Origin: Dicyema japonicum
Taxonomy: Eukaryota; Animalia; Dicyemida
Direction of reading: 5' to 3'
Assembly (NCBI GenBank): GCA_011109175.1
Contig: RDEW01000012.1
Location: forward strand, 970,552 to 1,034,551
Length of the DNA: 64,000 bases
Shown here: piece after piece, positions 36,633 through 49,439 of the stretch
How the letters are laid out: each line of letters opens with the position of its first letter
Position numbering within the stretch: position 1 is the stretch's first letter
Program-made: the position numbers and the translations under genes
The notes under the pieces: generated by a model
What the model was told of the DNA's origin: nothing
Databases searched by the model: none
The model's input: the letters and a program-made list of their open reading frames with translations, nothing else

Positions 36633-37450
36633 CATACGCCCTCGAAGACGTCCATTCTCACTTGGATCTTTGAGCCGATCTGACGGACTTGATCGTCCGA
36701 TTGTAGACCAAATATTCCTGACGTCTCAACAGCAAATGGGACAAACAAATGATTCTCTGAACTAATTCGGTACTTCGTTTTCTTCTGATCCTCGGCTTCT
36801 CTCTTGCTCATGTAGTGTCCCAAACCATGTTCTGACCACAAGCAAGAGGAATATTGGTATCCCGTCGGGGCATTTGCTATCCTCTCGGGTGAGACCAGAA
36901 CAGTGAATGATGGATCGATCAAACGCTCGCAACATTTTCGCTCCACATACACAAGACCAAGATGTAAAGAGGCTATTCTCACTGGCTCGTCATCCAACAG
37001 GTTACCAATTTCAGCATAATGATAGGCGTTTAGCCAGGAACCTGCTGAATGGCATTTAACAGTGTTGAGGCATCAAGTCTTCTCCCATCCACAATGCTCC
37101 TTCTTTTTTAAAGACATGTGTCGAATATGTTCATAAGGGGACAAAAATTCACTTAATGAAGCATCCAAAGGTAAGGTAACTCCCATTCTTCCGAAACTAA
37201 CAAGCAGAGTTGCTTGAAGTGGTCCATAGTTATCAAAATGTATATACAAAATCGCTTCAAAGTTTGACTTAATTTCATTAAGGGGAGATTGAGCATGTCC
37301 AGAAAGATAAATCTAATGGCAAACTTGTCTAGATGCGTCCTTTTGTCACTAAACGACTCTCTTATTCGATTTTTATAACACATCCAAGAAAATCAAGAGA
37401 GCAGAGGTCCGTAATTTAACATCTGGCACAATATCTTCCAATTGCAATGG
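36633..37450 (-). mobile_element. Degraded CRE-clade fragment
   Basis: AGSWLNA, DDEPVRI and KKTKY..HLFVPFAVETSG motifs. Confidence 0.8.
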
Positions 37451-38191
37451 AAAGAGACATTCAATGATAAAAATGAGTCATGCACTGATCGAAATGAGAC
37501 ATATAACGGTAAAATAAATATACGCAGATCGTCAAAAGATACAAGAAAATAAAGAATTAGGTTATTCGTGTGGGCGTTGATAATTTGTAATCAATAGATA
37601 TTGTTAAATCATTAAATGACCTGTTGAATCCCCCATCTTTTAAAGTCCCAATAAGCTGATTCAAGCGGGTTTACTGTTTTTTATTACTACAATCTATTTG
37701 TAACAAATCAATAAGGGTTTGTCGATTGATTTAATCAATTTAGAATATTTCGTTCAATACAAAAATGAGTTTCTTAAAATCTCCTTATAAGTCCACCATG
37801 AGGAACAACAAACCAGATCTCTTTAAGTATTATTGTCATAGGATCACCAGGTGAAGAAGTCTGTATCTAAGTGATAACAGTTTCCACAGATATACTGAGA
37901 CTTATCCTTTCTAAATATCACGTCTATCCATCTCCGTCACCCCTCCAGTAGAGTAGGGAAGAGTGAGATCTCTTTTTGTATGTCATCCAAACACTGGGAG
38001 TTGCTATGAACAGACGGACCACATGACGCCTCTAGAAATTAAGATAGACAAATAGCAGAAGGGAATACTTCGATCTGGTAAAGGCGGTGTAGGATAGAAC
38101 TCAATAACCAGCATCTAGTGTAAAGAAATTATTTAATTACTAGAATGTTGTAACAGGTAACAAATTATATAATAAATACACAACAAAGAAA

Positions 38192-38461
38192 CTAAGGTTT
38201 GGTGGAAAATAAAATAATAGTATTATCCAAATATTTAAGAACAATCTCGAAGATAGGGTCGGTAGTTATATTAGCTGAGAAGTTGGTTCCATAAATTATG
38301 TGCCAATGACGTCCAAACTTTCGTTCGAATTTTTCCTTGACCATGCAAGCCATTTTTAGGAAGCTACCGTATTTATTGAAATATTTATCACAACAGTGAA
38401 GCGCATAATCTTTAAATACTGGATCAGTTGAATTTGAATTTTCAGCTAACAAAGAAAACAT
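38192..38461 (-). CDS. Dynein light chain type 1 (LC8-like), divergent, intronless
   Basis: 89 aa; MACMVKEKFERKFGRHWHIIYGTNFS..T matches IAxxIKKEFDxxYxxTWHCIVGxxFGSxVT; C-terminal IILF. Confidence 0.82.
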   Translation of the reverse strand: MFSLLAENSNSTDPVFKDYALHCCDKYFNKYGSFLKMACMVKEKFERKFGRHWHIIYGTNFSANITTDPIFEIVLKYLDNTIILFSTKP

Positions 38462-38561
38462 TTGAATTATTATTTATTTATTCAAAATAGTAATTTAAAT
38501 GAATTTAAAATAATATAAAATTTAAATTAATAAAAAGATTTAAAAAACCATCATTACACAC

Positions 38562-41044
38562 TTTTTTGGCTGAGATGGTGACATGGCTCTTGAACTCAAT
38601 GTCTGGAAAACACAGTATCAAACCATTGGACTTCTCCCTTCTCACGTTTAACGTCAGGGGACTCTCTAGCGTTTGGAAACGGAAGGAATTGGTCGAGGAT
38701 CTTTCAAAATACAAGATTTCAATCGCCTGCCTTCAGGAGACCAAACTAATCAACGGGATCGAAGAACATCATGGGAATTTTAGACTAATCTTCCTTCCAG
38801 GTGGAAACAAGCAATATGGGCTAGGATTTGCCGTCAAGAATGATCTATCCAAGAGAGTCTGCCGATATTACAGTGTGAATGATAGAATCGGGGTGTTGCA
38901 ATTGAAACTGGATGATCTCAACCCGTCGAAGAAATATCTAACTATTATAAACGTTTACCCCCTTCACAGTGGATGGCTTAATAAAACCCTGAGGAGATTG
39001 ATGACTTTTACCAGTCTTTCTGCCATTTTCTCCAAGTATGATCTCTCAACATTAGTAATGATCGCAGGAGACCTAAATGCAAAAGCTGACACCCAGGTTA
39101 CGACCGATGAGACATTCATGGGAAGGCATGGTAGGGGGAAAAGAAATCTCCCGGGAACTCTACTAGCTACTTCTGTCAAACAAATAACCTATTTTTATGC
39201 AATACAGCCTTCATGCATCCAGCCAGACATAAATCTACGTGGTCGGGATATAGAACAAATCTCGAAGGGCGAGTGATAAATATGTACAACCAGATCGACT
39301 ATATAATATGCAGGCAAAAAGATCGAGGGATTATACTTGATGCACGAGCTTATGGTGGATCGGCGGAAATTAAAGGAAAGTGGCGGAAATTATCGCTGCC
39401 CACTTTGGAAAACTTTTCAATCCAAGGAACGACACTATCATCCTAGAACGAGGGAAATTGGACGTGGAAATCACACCATATGAAGTTGAACTTGCGAGTT
39501 CCAAATTGAAAAACAACAGGACTCCTGGCCCCGACGGACTCGGTGGTGAATTCTTCAAATATGGAACCCAAAAGCTGTATGAATGCATCGCTAGGATCCT
39601 GAATGAAATGTACTATTATGGTCACACGCTGACCCTGGGAGAGGGTATCTTGATACCTGTACAGAAGGCGAATAAACCAAGATCTAAGGTGGAGTACCTC
39701 CGTCTATACATATTAATGAATTCACTTCGAAAAATTCTGGCGAACATAACATTACAAAAGATGGAAGAACGCCTAGATACTTTTCTGTCGCTATACCACA
39801 GCGGATTCCGAAAAGGAAGATCTACTTCCAATGTTTTGTGGTCCCACAAGTGGAGATCTGCGGCCGTTCAAAAGTTCAAAATGTCTACAACCATCCTCGG
39901 AATCGACATCTAGAGGGCCTTCGACTCTGTCGACGACGGAGGCTAATACTGGTTTTGGAAAGTTTCCTAGATGCTTCCACTGTCAGAATGGCCACCACCC
40001 TCCTAGCTGATACTTGGCTCACTGTAAGAGTCGGGAGAGCCTTGTCTCGCCGATTTGAGACTACTGTTGGCACTCCACAGGAAAACCCTTTATTACCTAT
40101 ACTTTTTGTCATATACCTTGAAGCTGCTTACGGGAGTCAAAACCGATAATGGGTGAAAAGACAAACATTATTGCGTATGCTGATGACGTAGACTTTATTT
40201 TAAATGACAAAATACCGCTCACCCGGTTGATCGGAAAAGTGCCTGGAAGACTAGCCGAATTGTTCCTAACAGTCAATCCGGACAAGACTGAGGTAACTAA
40301 ACTCAAGAGGGAAGAAACAAGACGGATGAGTACTGGTGCAAGTGCAAAAAGCTTGGCTCCTTCCTAGGAGACCATGAAGAAATTACGAGAAGGAAAACCC
40401 TAGCACAAACTGCCCTCTCCAGATTAAAGAACACTGGCTCACAAAAAGGGCCTTGACATTATAACAAAAACTCGATTATACAATTCACTAGTGAAACCCA
40501 TACTACTATATAACGCTGGTACCTGGGCCTGCTCAAGAAATGAACTGAAGAGGCTTTAATGCGTTTCATAGAGACCAACTACGGCATATGATGTTCAAGA
40601 AATGAACTGAAGAGCTTAATGCGTTTCATAGAGACCAACTACGGCATATGATGTCGAAAGTAGTAATACAAGATGTCATCTAATCTTCTTTATAAGAGGA
40701 CGAAAACCTCAGAAATTTCTAATGAGATTCTGGATACACGATGGAGGCTTTTCTGCCATATTCTGCGACTGGACCTAAATGCCCCCGCGAACGTAGCCAT
40801 GGAGAATTACTTCATGTTGGAGGCCCCGTTTCCGTGTCGCCCAAGGACGACACTGGCAGTCGTTCTCGACGAGGACCTCAAAGAAATGGGACGGCATCTT
40901 GGAAGTGAAGAGGATCTTGACTGGTTGCGCACTGCGGCTTTGAATAGGAGGAAGTGGATGAAACTAACCAGTGATTTGCTAACTCGTGTTGCACATGCTT
41001 TGTCAAGTCCTATGACATAGCGATAAGTGCTCATAATAATAATA
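38562..41044 (+). mobile_element. RTE-clade LINE with both ends, internally deleted and frameshifted
   Basis: APE: TFNVRGL, LQETK, GDLNAK, NQIDYI. RT: PGPDG, GFRKGRST, YADD. C-terminus RWRLFCHILR..RPRTT; (TAA)n tail at 41033-41044. Confidence 0.9.
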
Positions 41045-41240
41045 CACCCTACACCTTTGAGGAATTAGTGAGGAATACCGGAGCCTTACTACCACCCAAA
41101 AAAGTAAGAAACCCACGCTCAATCAGGAAATGCGTTGGAACCCGGGAGGAACAGCGAGCAAGAATGAGACGGCCGGAATCACTTGACGGCTCTAAGTTAA
41201 TTAATTTGTCGATGATTTTTGGTTTTTAATAATAATAATT
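41045..41240 (+). mobile_element. LINE 3' end, same family as 4295-4510
   Basis: Direct nucleotide similarity (ccggagccttactacc..atcaggaaatgcgttggaa..gccggaatcac); (TAA)n tail. Confidence 0.8.
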
Positions 41241-41749
41241 AAGACGCTATAAAGTTCTCGTGTAAGCCCACCTGAGGACAGCTAAGTATTGACAGATATC
41301 AACTGTTTTTTTATGGTGGTCTCATTTTAATAACACGGCCCCTCCAATGTCGTCGACTGTATTGCAATCCTTTGTGCAGTTTGTTATTTTGTGCCTTTGT
41401 GTCCGTGGCTATTGTTGTATCCAATCGAATATCTAGAGACTCGTTCTCAAGTTTAAACTCTGGTAACTTTTTTCCTGTCGAAGAAAACGCGTCCGCATTG
41501 GACAGTCAAGATCCATTTCCTGGCTTCTTCGGAATGGTGTTCCCCAAGGATCCCCTTTGTCTTTCTTACTATTCAACACCGAAGGTTGGAAATGATATTC
41601 TTATGACTTATGCTGACAACATTGTCATTGCGTCACGTGATCAGGACATCCAGATTTCTACTTAGAAATTTCAACATAATCAGGACCGTCTATCGTAATT
41701 GTAACATAATCAGGAGCTCAGCTCAAATCGGTAATCAAGATCAACTGGC

Positions 41750-42245
41750 CGAAGATCTATGCAATCCTGTATAATAAATGAAAATCCGGAGTGCTGTCAG
41801 ATGATATTTTCAAATCAAGATGGAACCTTTTTGACCACGTGTTACGTCTAAATGACCAGGTCCCCATAAATATCGCATTGGACAACTACTTGGCACACAC
41901 ATGAGCCGGATTCCGCGAAAGGCCAAGAACGACACTTCGACTATTTTGAACAAAGACCTATCGGCGGTTGACATGAGACTAACTTCGGCAGACGACCTGG
42001 ACTACCTAAGAGAGCGCGCAACAGAAGATCATGGTCGAGGCTAACGGAGAGGATGACTCGGAATTTATGAATGAACCGTGGAACGTGCTGTCGTGACTAC
42101 GAAGATCCAGTCAATCGGCCGATACGTGCTTGTGTGGGGTCGAGGGAGGAGCAAAGGGCAAAGTTGAGCTCGTTGCTAGAACGTGCTGGGATCACGTGAT
42201 TAGTTAGTTTGGTGTTACCGTAGTCTTTGGTATTATTATAAATAA
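41750..42245 (+). mobile_element. RTE 3' fragment followed by a GIT-group LINE 3' tip
   Basis: SRWNLFDHVLRL..RPRTTL, then RPIRACVGSREEQRAKLSSLLERAGIT* at about 42116-42199. Confidence 0.75.
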
Positions 42246-42249
42246 ACCA

Positions 42250-43145
42250 CGATAAAAATATTTTCGATTGAGTTCAAAACACCAATTATATTTTCTAAAT
42301 TCCTTCCTAGATTCATGGATTCGTAGTCTTTTCAAACAATCTTTATGTCACCCAGAATACAACCATTGATTCTCCCGAAATCACCCTTCTTTGACTTTTG
42401 ATATCCAAAGCATATCCTCGTTTCATCATCTTTGGGTTCCTATCTATCCGGTAAGCTCTGTTATTTGTTCAAGTTGCTTCTTCATTTTTGTATGTTTGGG
42501 TTACATATGGTGGATAAAATCGCTCTTTTTCAGGTACGTTGTGACAGAACCTCAAATACCCTCTGTCCATAAAAAATAAAATCTGTAATATTTTTATATT
42601 TGTTGGTGGAAATGACTATATAATTATTGATTGCGGCGTTAATAGCAATTACAACCTCCTTTCTTAGAAGTTGGTACTGTACTCTCTGCGTAGGTTACGA
42701 CTATCGCGAGGGATTAACATGACTTGAAGAATATGGTAGTAAAACTCATATGTAGCATCTATTTAATATGATATTCAGTTTTTGAATATATTTCCAAGTT
42801 CCCGATCCTTTGAGAAATAGGACACTTTGGTTTAGATTTTACCAAACTCTTCAGATTTGGTATGAGTTCAACTTAGGATATTTATCATTGCTATTAGAGG
42901 CCATTTACCTTCAGGTAGTCTTCTAAATCTTCCGTGAGATACTTGAAAATTTTTGTAGCCCACTCAACTTTGTCCTCCTTATTCACCTGGTCGTTACATC
43001 GTTGGAGAGGTATGATATTTGCGCGTCTCTCCAGTTGAGAAATTGGATTAGGAAGTCTTGCACCAATTTCTTGTAAACCAAACAGCTCTTGAACCACTGC
43101 GCCTGCGTTATCATTATTTTGTTCATCCGGCTCATTCGCAGTCAG
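42250..43145 (-). mobile_element. N-terminal (pre-RT) part of an R4-like retrotransposon ORF
   Basis: Ends in LKRLRIHESR..FRKYNWCFELNRKYFYR, similar to DNRNFELNRRSFYR at the start of the 827-aa ORF. Confidence 0.6.
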
Positions 43146-43164
43146 GTCCGTAGGTAATTTTATT

Positions 43165-44740
43165 TAACTCCAAGAACACCAAGAAAGCTTGGTCAAAACT
43201 AACTAATTAGGTGATCCCAATCACTTCGTCTGGTCTTCTGATGACCCAACCGCATTCCGGAAGCGCCTGTTCTTCCTTCTGCATAGGAATTCAATCGGCG
43301 TGCACTTTTTTATAACCGACTAAAATTTCTCTGCATGGGGCACCTTTTCCTTGAATGGGTTTCCCAATTTCTTGCAAAACGCAAGAAACCCTGGACATTT
43401 CTCACCGTCGCCTCCTCTGAAAGCAGACTGGGAACGGATAGAAGAAATGGCGAATCTCCAGGCAGAATAGGCATATTCAATCGTCGTCGCAATTTCTTGG
43501 AAATATACTTTGCTGATACAAGCAGTAGGAGGGAAGGGGCTCTTCTTTACGATGGCTTTTAGGACGTTCCATTTTTGAGGACCATTGGCTAGCACCTCCG
43601 ACGTGTGACTGGCAAACGTCATAAGAGAGTCGAAAATAACTCCAAGGATCTTCTGGATTTGTGTATAAGGGATAGGAATGTTTCCGAGGAATATCTCAAG
43701 TCCACTTTTAAATCTTCTGTCCGTAGTAAATAGCGTGAACTGAGACTTGGATGCAGACACAGACAGCAAATTCATGGATAGCCAGTCACACACCTGGTTA
43801 AGGTGTGACTGAACCACCGCCACAGCCCTGGAGGGAGATTTGTCCTTGAGAGGAGACAGAGGGGAGCCTTGAGGGACCCAATTGGGGAGTAGTCTTGATT
43901 TTGAAGTGGTTTTGTCAATCCGGACCCTTCCGTGTCGCCCAGTTAAGAAATTTTCCAGCCATAGCTCGATGTTCGTATTTAGGTTGGAATTAAAAATCTT
44001 TTTCGTTAGGAGTTTCCTCGGAACAGAATCAAAGGCCTTCTGTATATCGATGGATACTAAGGTCCGTAAGTATGTTCTCATGTTGAAGCCGTCAGTAATA
44101 AACTGGAAGATAGAACCAAAATGAGTTGTTGTAGAACGGTCTGCCCTGAAGCCATGTTGAAATTCTGGTAGATGTAGAACAGGAGAGATACGCATTAATA
44201 CAAGCATTTCCACCCCTTATGATAAAACACAAGTTATTGAGAGGGGGCAGTAAGAGAACGTCTTTTGGTTTTCCAGGCTTTAGAATTGGTGTAATCAGGG
44301 AGTTCTTCCATATATTAGGTAGCGTATAGTAGTTGATATAGTCGTTGTACAGTCTTGATAGTATGGCCCGTGCCTGAGGTCCAAGGTGTATGAGATGAAT
44401 AGTGCAAATACCGTCGGGACCACAAGCGCGAGTGGGACGTAGCAATTGAATAGGCTTGTCAACATCATGGGGGTGAAGAAGTGGAATACGGTTCTTGTTG
44501 CGGCCCGCGCCGTCCACATGAGTAGAGCGAGAAAAATCTTTATGGCTGATCGATACGTAGTACTTCATAAGCTTGTTTGCAAGTTTGCGAGCGGGTTCCG
44601 AAGCGATGCGGGTAACGCCCTCAGTACCGCTATCCTCCTCATTGATAAGGCTATTGATCCTTCTTAGCGTTTTTCAAAATGCGGCGCAAGAGTTTTTTTG
44701 ACATAGTCGTAGGTAATGTCTGATTAGTTGAAAAAAAGGT
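43165..44740 (-). mobile_element. Ingi/Vingi/I-like LINE, RT plus 3' end
   Basis: CGPDGI..HL.HLGP, QHGFRADRSTTT, SIDIQKAFDSVP, VPQGSPLSP and ILGVIFD motifs; GIT* end. Confidence 0.88.
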
Positions 44741-44934
44741 TAATCACCACAAGAATTAATTATATTAATAATAAAATTAACAGTGATTTAGTAATCTGAT
44801 TTTAAAATACTGGTTTGCCATACTAAAATTATACTTTTGGATCATAAAATGGGATATATCGATGGGTGATCATTCTGTTGGATTAAAAGGACTAATAATC
44901 GAGTTATGATGCCAAAAATCCAAAAAAAATAATG

Positions 44935-45190
44935 TGCAATACCTTGCACAAACCTAGGGACTCTTTTGGACGACGAATCTTTGAGGATTGGAATCGCGAC
45001 GAATCTTGCGATAGAGACATCAAGAGCCGTTAATTCAATGACGGCTGAGTTCTTGCGCGAACTCGGAGGAATGTTTGTCAGAAAGAAAAGGGATCAACGA
45101 GAAGGGTTCTTGCTGAGACAAAAGATTGGAATGGCCATACTCCGAAGGAAATCGTTTGCGATCCACGCAGCCGGCTTCCTCAACTAAAAT
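44935..45190 (+). mobile_element. Internally deleted CRE 3' fragment
   Basis: DDESLRIGI fused to MTAEFLRELGG..LRQKIGMAILR; same family as 28130-28975 and 48596-49365. Confidence 0.8.
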
Positions 45191-45900
45191 TTGTTTCATT
45201 GTTGAATAATTATCTTTATAAAAAAATAAACTATAAATGATATTTTCGGAATAAACGAGATCCACGGGAGAAATCAGAAATTTCTGCATCATGCCCAACT
45301 TTATCAGAATACCAGCAAAAGTCTCACTCACAATGAATGTATTACCTGATCCACTACCTATTTTTGAGCTCAGACGTACAAACAGTTTATATTCCTCGAT
45401 CTCCAATAATAATTAATTCTAAAATATTTAACAAAACCACGTATTCATTTGCTTCTAATTTTATAAGCTCAACGTAATTATTTGGGAGATAAATTGATTT
45501 CTCATTTAATGCTCATAATAAATTTTTTCCATTCAGATCTGTTTTGAAAATTAGACCTGTTATTTTAGCATTTTTCTATTATTGAATAATTAGTTTCATT
45601 TACAACGTGTTACTTTGACATTTCCAATATACCGAGGTGGTTTATGCTATGTATTCCCTAAGCACAATTATTAAATCACCACATACTATATCTTTAGTGG
45701 AAAATTTTAACTTATATCATAAAAGATTTTTATGAAACCATTTTGAAGTTATTTAGTAATGGCTCTGAATAAGTAATCCAATAAAGACTATTTACATCTT
45801 TATAATAAATATTTAATTGTATAGAATCATATGCACTCTCTGTATGCTTGTGGGATCACGCGCAGTCTCTTAACAAAGATTTGAGATATCTAAGTACTTT
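45190..45900 (-). pseudogene. Degenerate cadherin-like repeat relic
   Basis: EIEEYKLFVRLSSKIG (E..YxLxVxAxDxG-like) and PVDLVYSENIIYSL in ORF 45035-45406. Confidence 0.4.
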
Positions 45901-46039
45901 TCGAAATATAAAATTTTGTTAATTAATTTAGAATTTTCAAATAAGCATCAGTTTTCCTTATTGTTAACCTTAATTAAAATAGTCCTTCCAATAAGTAGGT
46001 AATATTTCCATTACTTGAACCATCAATTGAATGGAAATA

Positions 46040-46370
46040 ATAATTATTATTATTATTAACCCCGGATACACCGAGAAAGAAGTTAAAGTAAACAACTAAT
46101 TAAGTGTATCCAGTTTCCACTTCCACAGAAACAGAGACCTTCCGGAATCAACATAAAGGGTAAAAGACGTCTATATTTGCAGTTGGTGGCAACCCCTCCA
46201 GTGGAGTGGGGGAGAGCAAATGATCCTTTTTCGTGCCGGCTTGACACAGGGCGCCACCTAGACAAGTGGATCACATGACGCCACTCTAATAGGAAGAGAG
46301 AGGAGGAACAGACGATCAAACAGAAACTTAAACCAAGAAGCACCACATGGCGCTACGCGGCTAAACTTGA
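46040..46370 (-). mobile_element. LINE 3' fragment with (TAA)n tail
   Basis: PTPLEGL..ETGYT* followed by TTAGTTG and (AAT)n, resembling the GIT-group ends. Confidence 0.5.
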
Positions 46371-46769
46371 ATTGGAAATAATAAATTCTTAGCCACTGAA
46401 TAAATCAAAAACGACATCAACAAGGATAAAATTGATAAAGATAATACAATATTTTTTTAATATCACAATTAAATTAATTGTTATAAACTTCTCACATCGT
46501 TAGTACGGATTAACGAGTTGGTCAATCAAAAGAAAAATTTTAGATCGTGGAAATCGTTTTGGTTATACGTAATAACCAACAAACAATAGAGCAAATATTA
46601 CGATAAGGAAAAGAGTCAATCACCAAAATCTAAAAATATCTCAAAAATCAAATCATAAGCACCACTAAAAATTAATTTGTAACAGAAAGATCATCGATTT
46701 ACCATAACAATATTGAAGTGAAATTGGGTTAATTTAAATTGTTAGTCAACATGATTTCTAAGAAATTTT

Positions 46770-47350
46770 TTTATATAAATGTCCTAGTAGTCTTCGTCAA
46801 ACTCATTTATAAGATTCATCGATTCTATTCGAATCCAGGAAAATGTAAAATTGCACAAAAACATGCTTTGAGATTATAGATGAGACATTACAAGATATTA
46901 GGAAATCTGATAAGCTGTTGGGAAGGTCATATGGGGAAAATATTTTTCTAATTTATGTGTAAGCGCGTTGTTGTGTCAGCAGATTGTCGACGCTATGGAC
47001 GGTAAAATATGAATTAATTAATAGGTTTATAAAACAAATCCGTAAATTAAAGTAATAATTTTGATGTACTATTCCGCTATCTTCACAACAATGTTTTATT
47101 ACACTACTATGATAAGGAAATGTAACGATCAAAGAATCGTTGGTGGCGATGTGTAATAATTAAAATCATTGATTATCACAGATATTGGATTGACTGTCAA
47201 TTTGAAAGTAATCCTGAACTTATCTACGATTCAGAGATATCACTTTATGCAGCAGACATTACTCTACTTCCAGGAGACATTCTATCATTTAAGAAAATGA
47301 ATCTTAAATATTTGTATTAAATATAAATCATTTATAGTCACTGCGAGGAA
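46770..47350 (+). pseudogene. Degenerate cadherin-like repeat relic
   Basis: SIRIQENVKL, SADCRRYG.VKYEL, YDKE and VIIKIIDY occur in cadherin-repeat order. Confidence 0.4.
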
Positions 47351-48074
47351 GATCGTAATATTACAACTATTCATTCAAATTTTTTTCCTACAACAATTAT
47401 AGGATTGTTTTATATATTTTAAATTGATAGAGATTTCATAACTTGCCACGCACTTATATTTATAGATATTGATTTTGCAGTAACCCTGATAAATCTCGGA
47501 TATGTGTAAGTTATATTATTAATTTATAGTAATTTTCCTACTGATTCGATTATACAATCCTTTACGCTAGCTCATTCAAAGGATGTTCGATTAATAGGGT
47601 ATTTTTAATATTAAATTAGTATTCTTGCATTTTGTACTGATCCATTTAACAACCCACAAGCGTATAGAATTATAATTAGTTTAGATATAAACCTGCCCCT
47701 GAAGGTGCATATCTAAGTAATGCTGGAATGTATTCGTTTGATATTAATATAATTAGTTTATACTTCGAATCAACAAATCTATTGAGTAATTATAAATATT
47801 ATTTCAGTCTGCAATGCATAGGAAAGCCAAGCAACGTGTTTGGCATGTGTGGGAAGCGTAATTAATTAATGCTAACATGACTATGGAATATAAGGATTTT
47901 GGTTAGAAATAAGATTTAGTTAATTTATTCAATTTAATTTATTTATTCAATTTTATTACGTATTTTGACTAATATATTAATTCTATTCCTTATTGCTTTT
48001 AAATATTAAAAATTGATTTACAAAACCAGTTTCAATATCAACAAAAGATAATAGGTAGGTTTAGAAAGGGTTAA

Positions 48075-48595
48075 ATGATATACAACCTTATGACAAACGA
48101 CGAGCTCTACAGAATTACTCAAACAACACAGATTGGGAATAAAGTGACTTGGGCAAAATGGAAGCTCCAGAGGTTGGACCCAACATCCCCTCCGAATATT
48201 ACTTCTTCCATGTAAATCGCTTTCATGGAAGACCAAAAATGGTGGTCTTGTCACTGAATCAAAAATCTTCTGTTGGGTTTTGTTAGCTGTGTAGTGTTAG
48301 TATTCCACTTTCATAATCAATAAGTAAAGATGAGATATCTAATTCAAATTTGAAATATAAAATTGTGTCATCTAATCCAAAATATTCCAATTATTTTGGG
48401 CGGGAAATATTTCAAATTGATTCGAAAATAATAAATTATCTATAAGAGACAATGAGGATATACATTCAGTCATTCATGCTTAAAAAACCTTCAAAGTTGT
48501 GATTATCGAACATAGTCAGGGATAGTCCCTGAAGATGAAGTTATCATTATCCTGAAACAAACTTGTGGAGCTGACATTATTATGAAGAAACTACT
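48075..48595 (-). repeat. Inverted dispersed copy of 21845-22300 (cadherin-like relic)
   Basis: Colinear reverse-complement match, roughly 85-90% by eye; reads GLDDTILYFKFELDISSLLIDYESGILTL. Confidence 0.85.
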
Positions 48596-49365
48596 TTAGA
48601 TGGGTCCGAACTCAAAATCCCCGAAGACACAACGAAGCAAAGTAATTGGGATAACATTGTCTGCTCCAAAATTTTGGCAGACCTCAAAAAAGAACAAAAT
48701 CAACATCGTCTGGCTTGTTTGTTGGCAGCTTAAAGTGGAAGAGGTTTTGCATGGCTTGGTGCAATACCTTGCCCAAATCTAGGGACTCTTTTGGACGACG
48801 AATCTCTGAGGATTGGTATCGGACAAAGGCTAAGGCTAGACATTTGCCAAGAGCACCGATTCCGATGCGGGAAAATAGTCTATGCGAAGGGATTGCACCC
48901 GCTGTCCTGCAGAAGAAGCACCGGAAGAGGACCACGTCACGCTGCTCTGAACCATGTGATCGTCAGAGCTCTGAAGGCTGCAGGTTTCCTATCTCAGCTT
49001 GAACCAGTGGGTCTCGATCGAAGAGATGGAAAGAGAGCTGACGGGATAACCCCTTTCCCCTATACATCTGGAAGATCTTTGGTCTGGTTGCAGCTTGTAT
49101 TGACACATTTCAAGCACGAATCTTTTCAAATCGGATCAGACACTTGGTGCAGCTGTTTCGACTGCGGAAAACCTGTAAATCAAGAAATATTTTTGCCTCG
49201 GGGACTGGTACCGATTTACTCTTGTTGCGGTAGAGTCATCAGGATGGTCCAATAACAACCGAGTTCTTTGTGAACTCGGAGGAATGCTTGAAAAGAAATC
49301 AACGAGAAGGGTTCTGGCTGAGACAAAAGATTGGAATGGCCATACTTCGATGAAATTCGTTCTAC
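48596..49365 (+). mobile_element. CRE-clade 3' fragment
   Basis: HPLSCRRSTGRGPRHAALNH..EPVGLDRRDGKRADG; close copy of 28130-28900. Confidence 0.9.
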
Positions 49366-49439
49366 AATTTTTTCAAATTCCTGAATAACGCGATCTTATT
49401 GGGAAGAATACTATTTATCCCAAGATGCTCCTTCAGGCG

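Noticed and set aside
23514-43145. The two R4-like fragments as halves of one broken element
   Set aside because: They overlap at the FELNR motif with different sequences.
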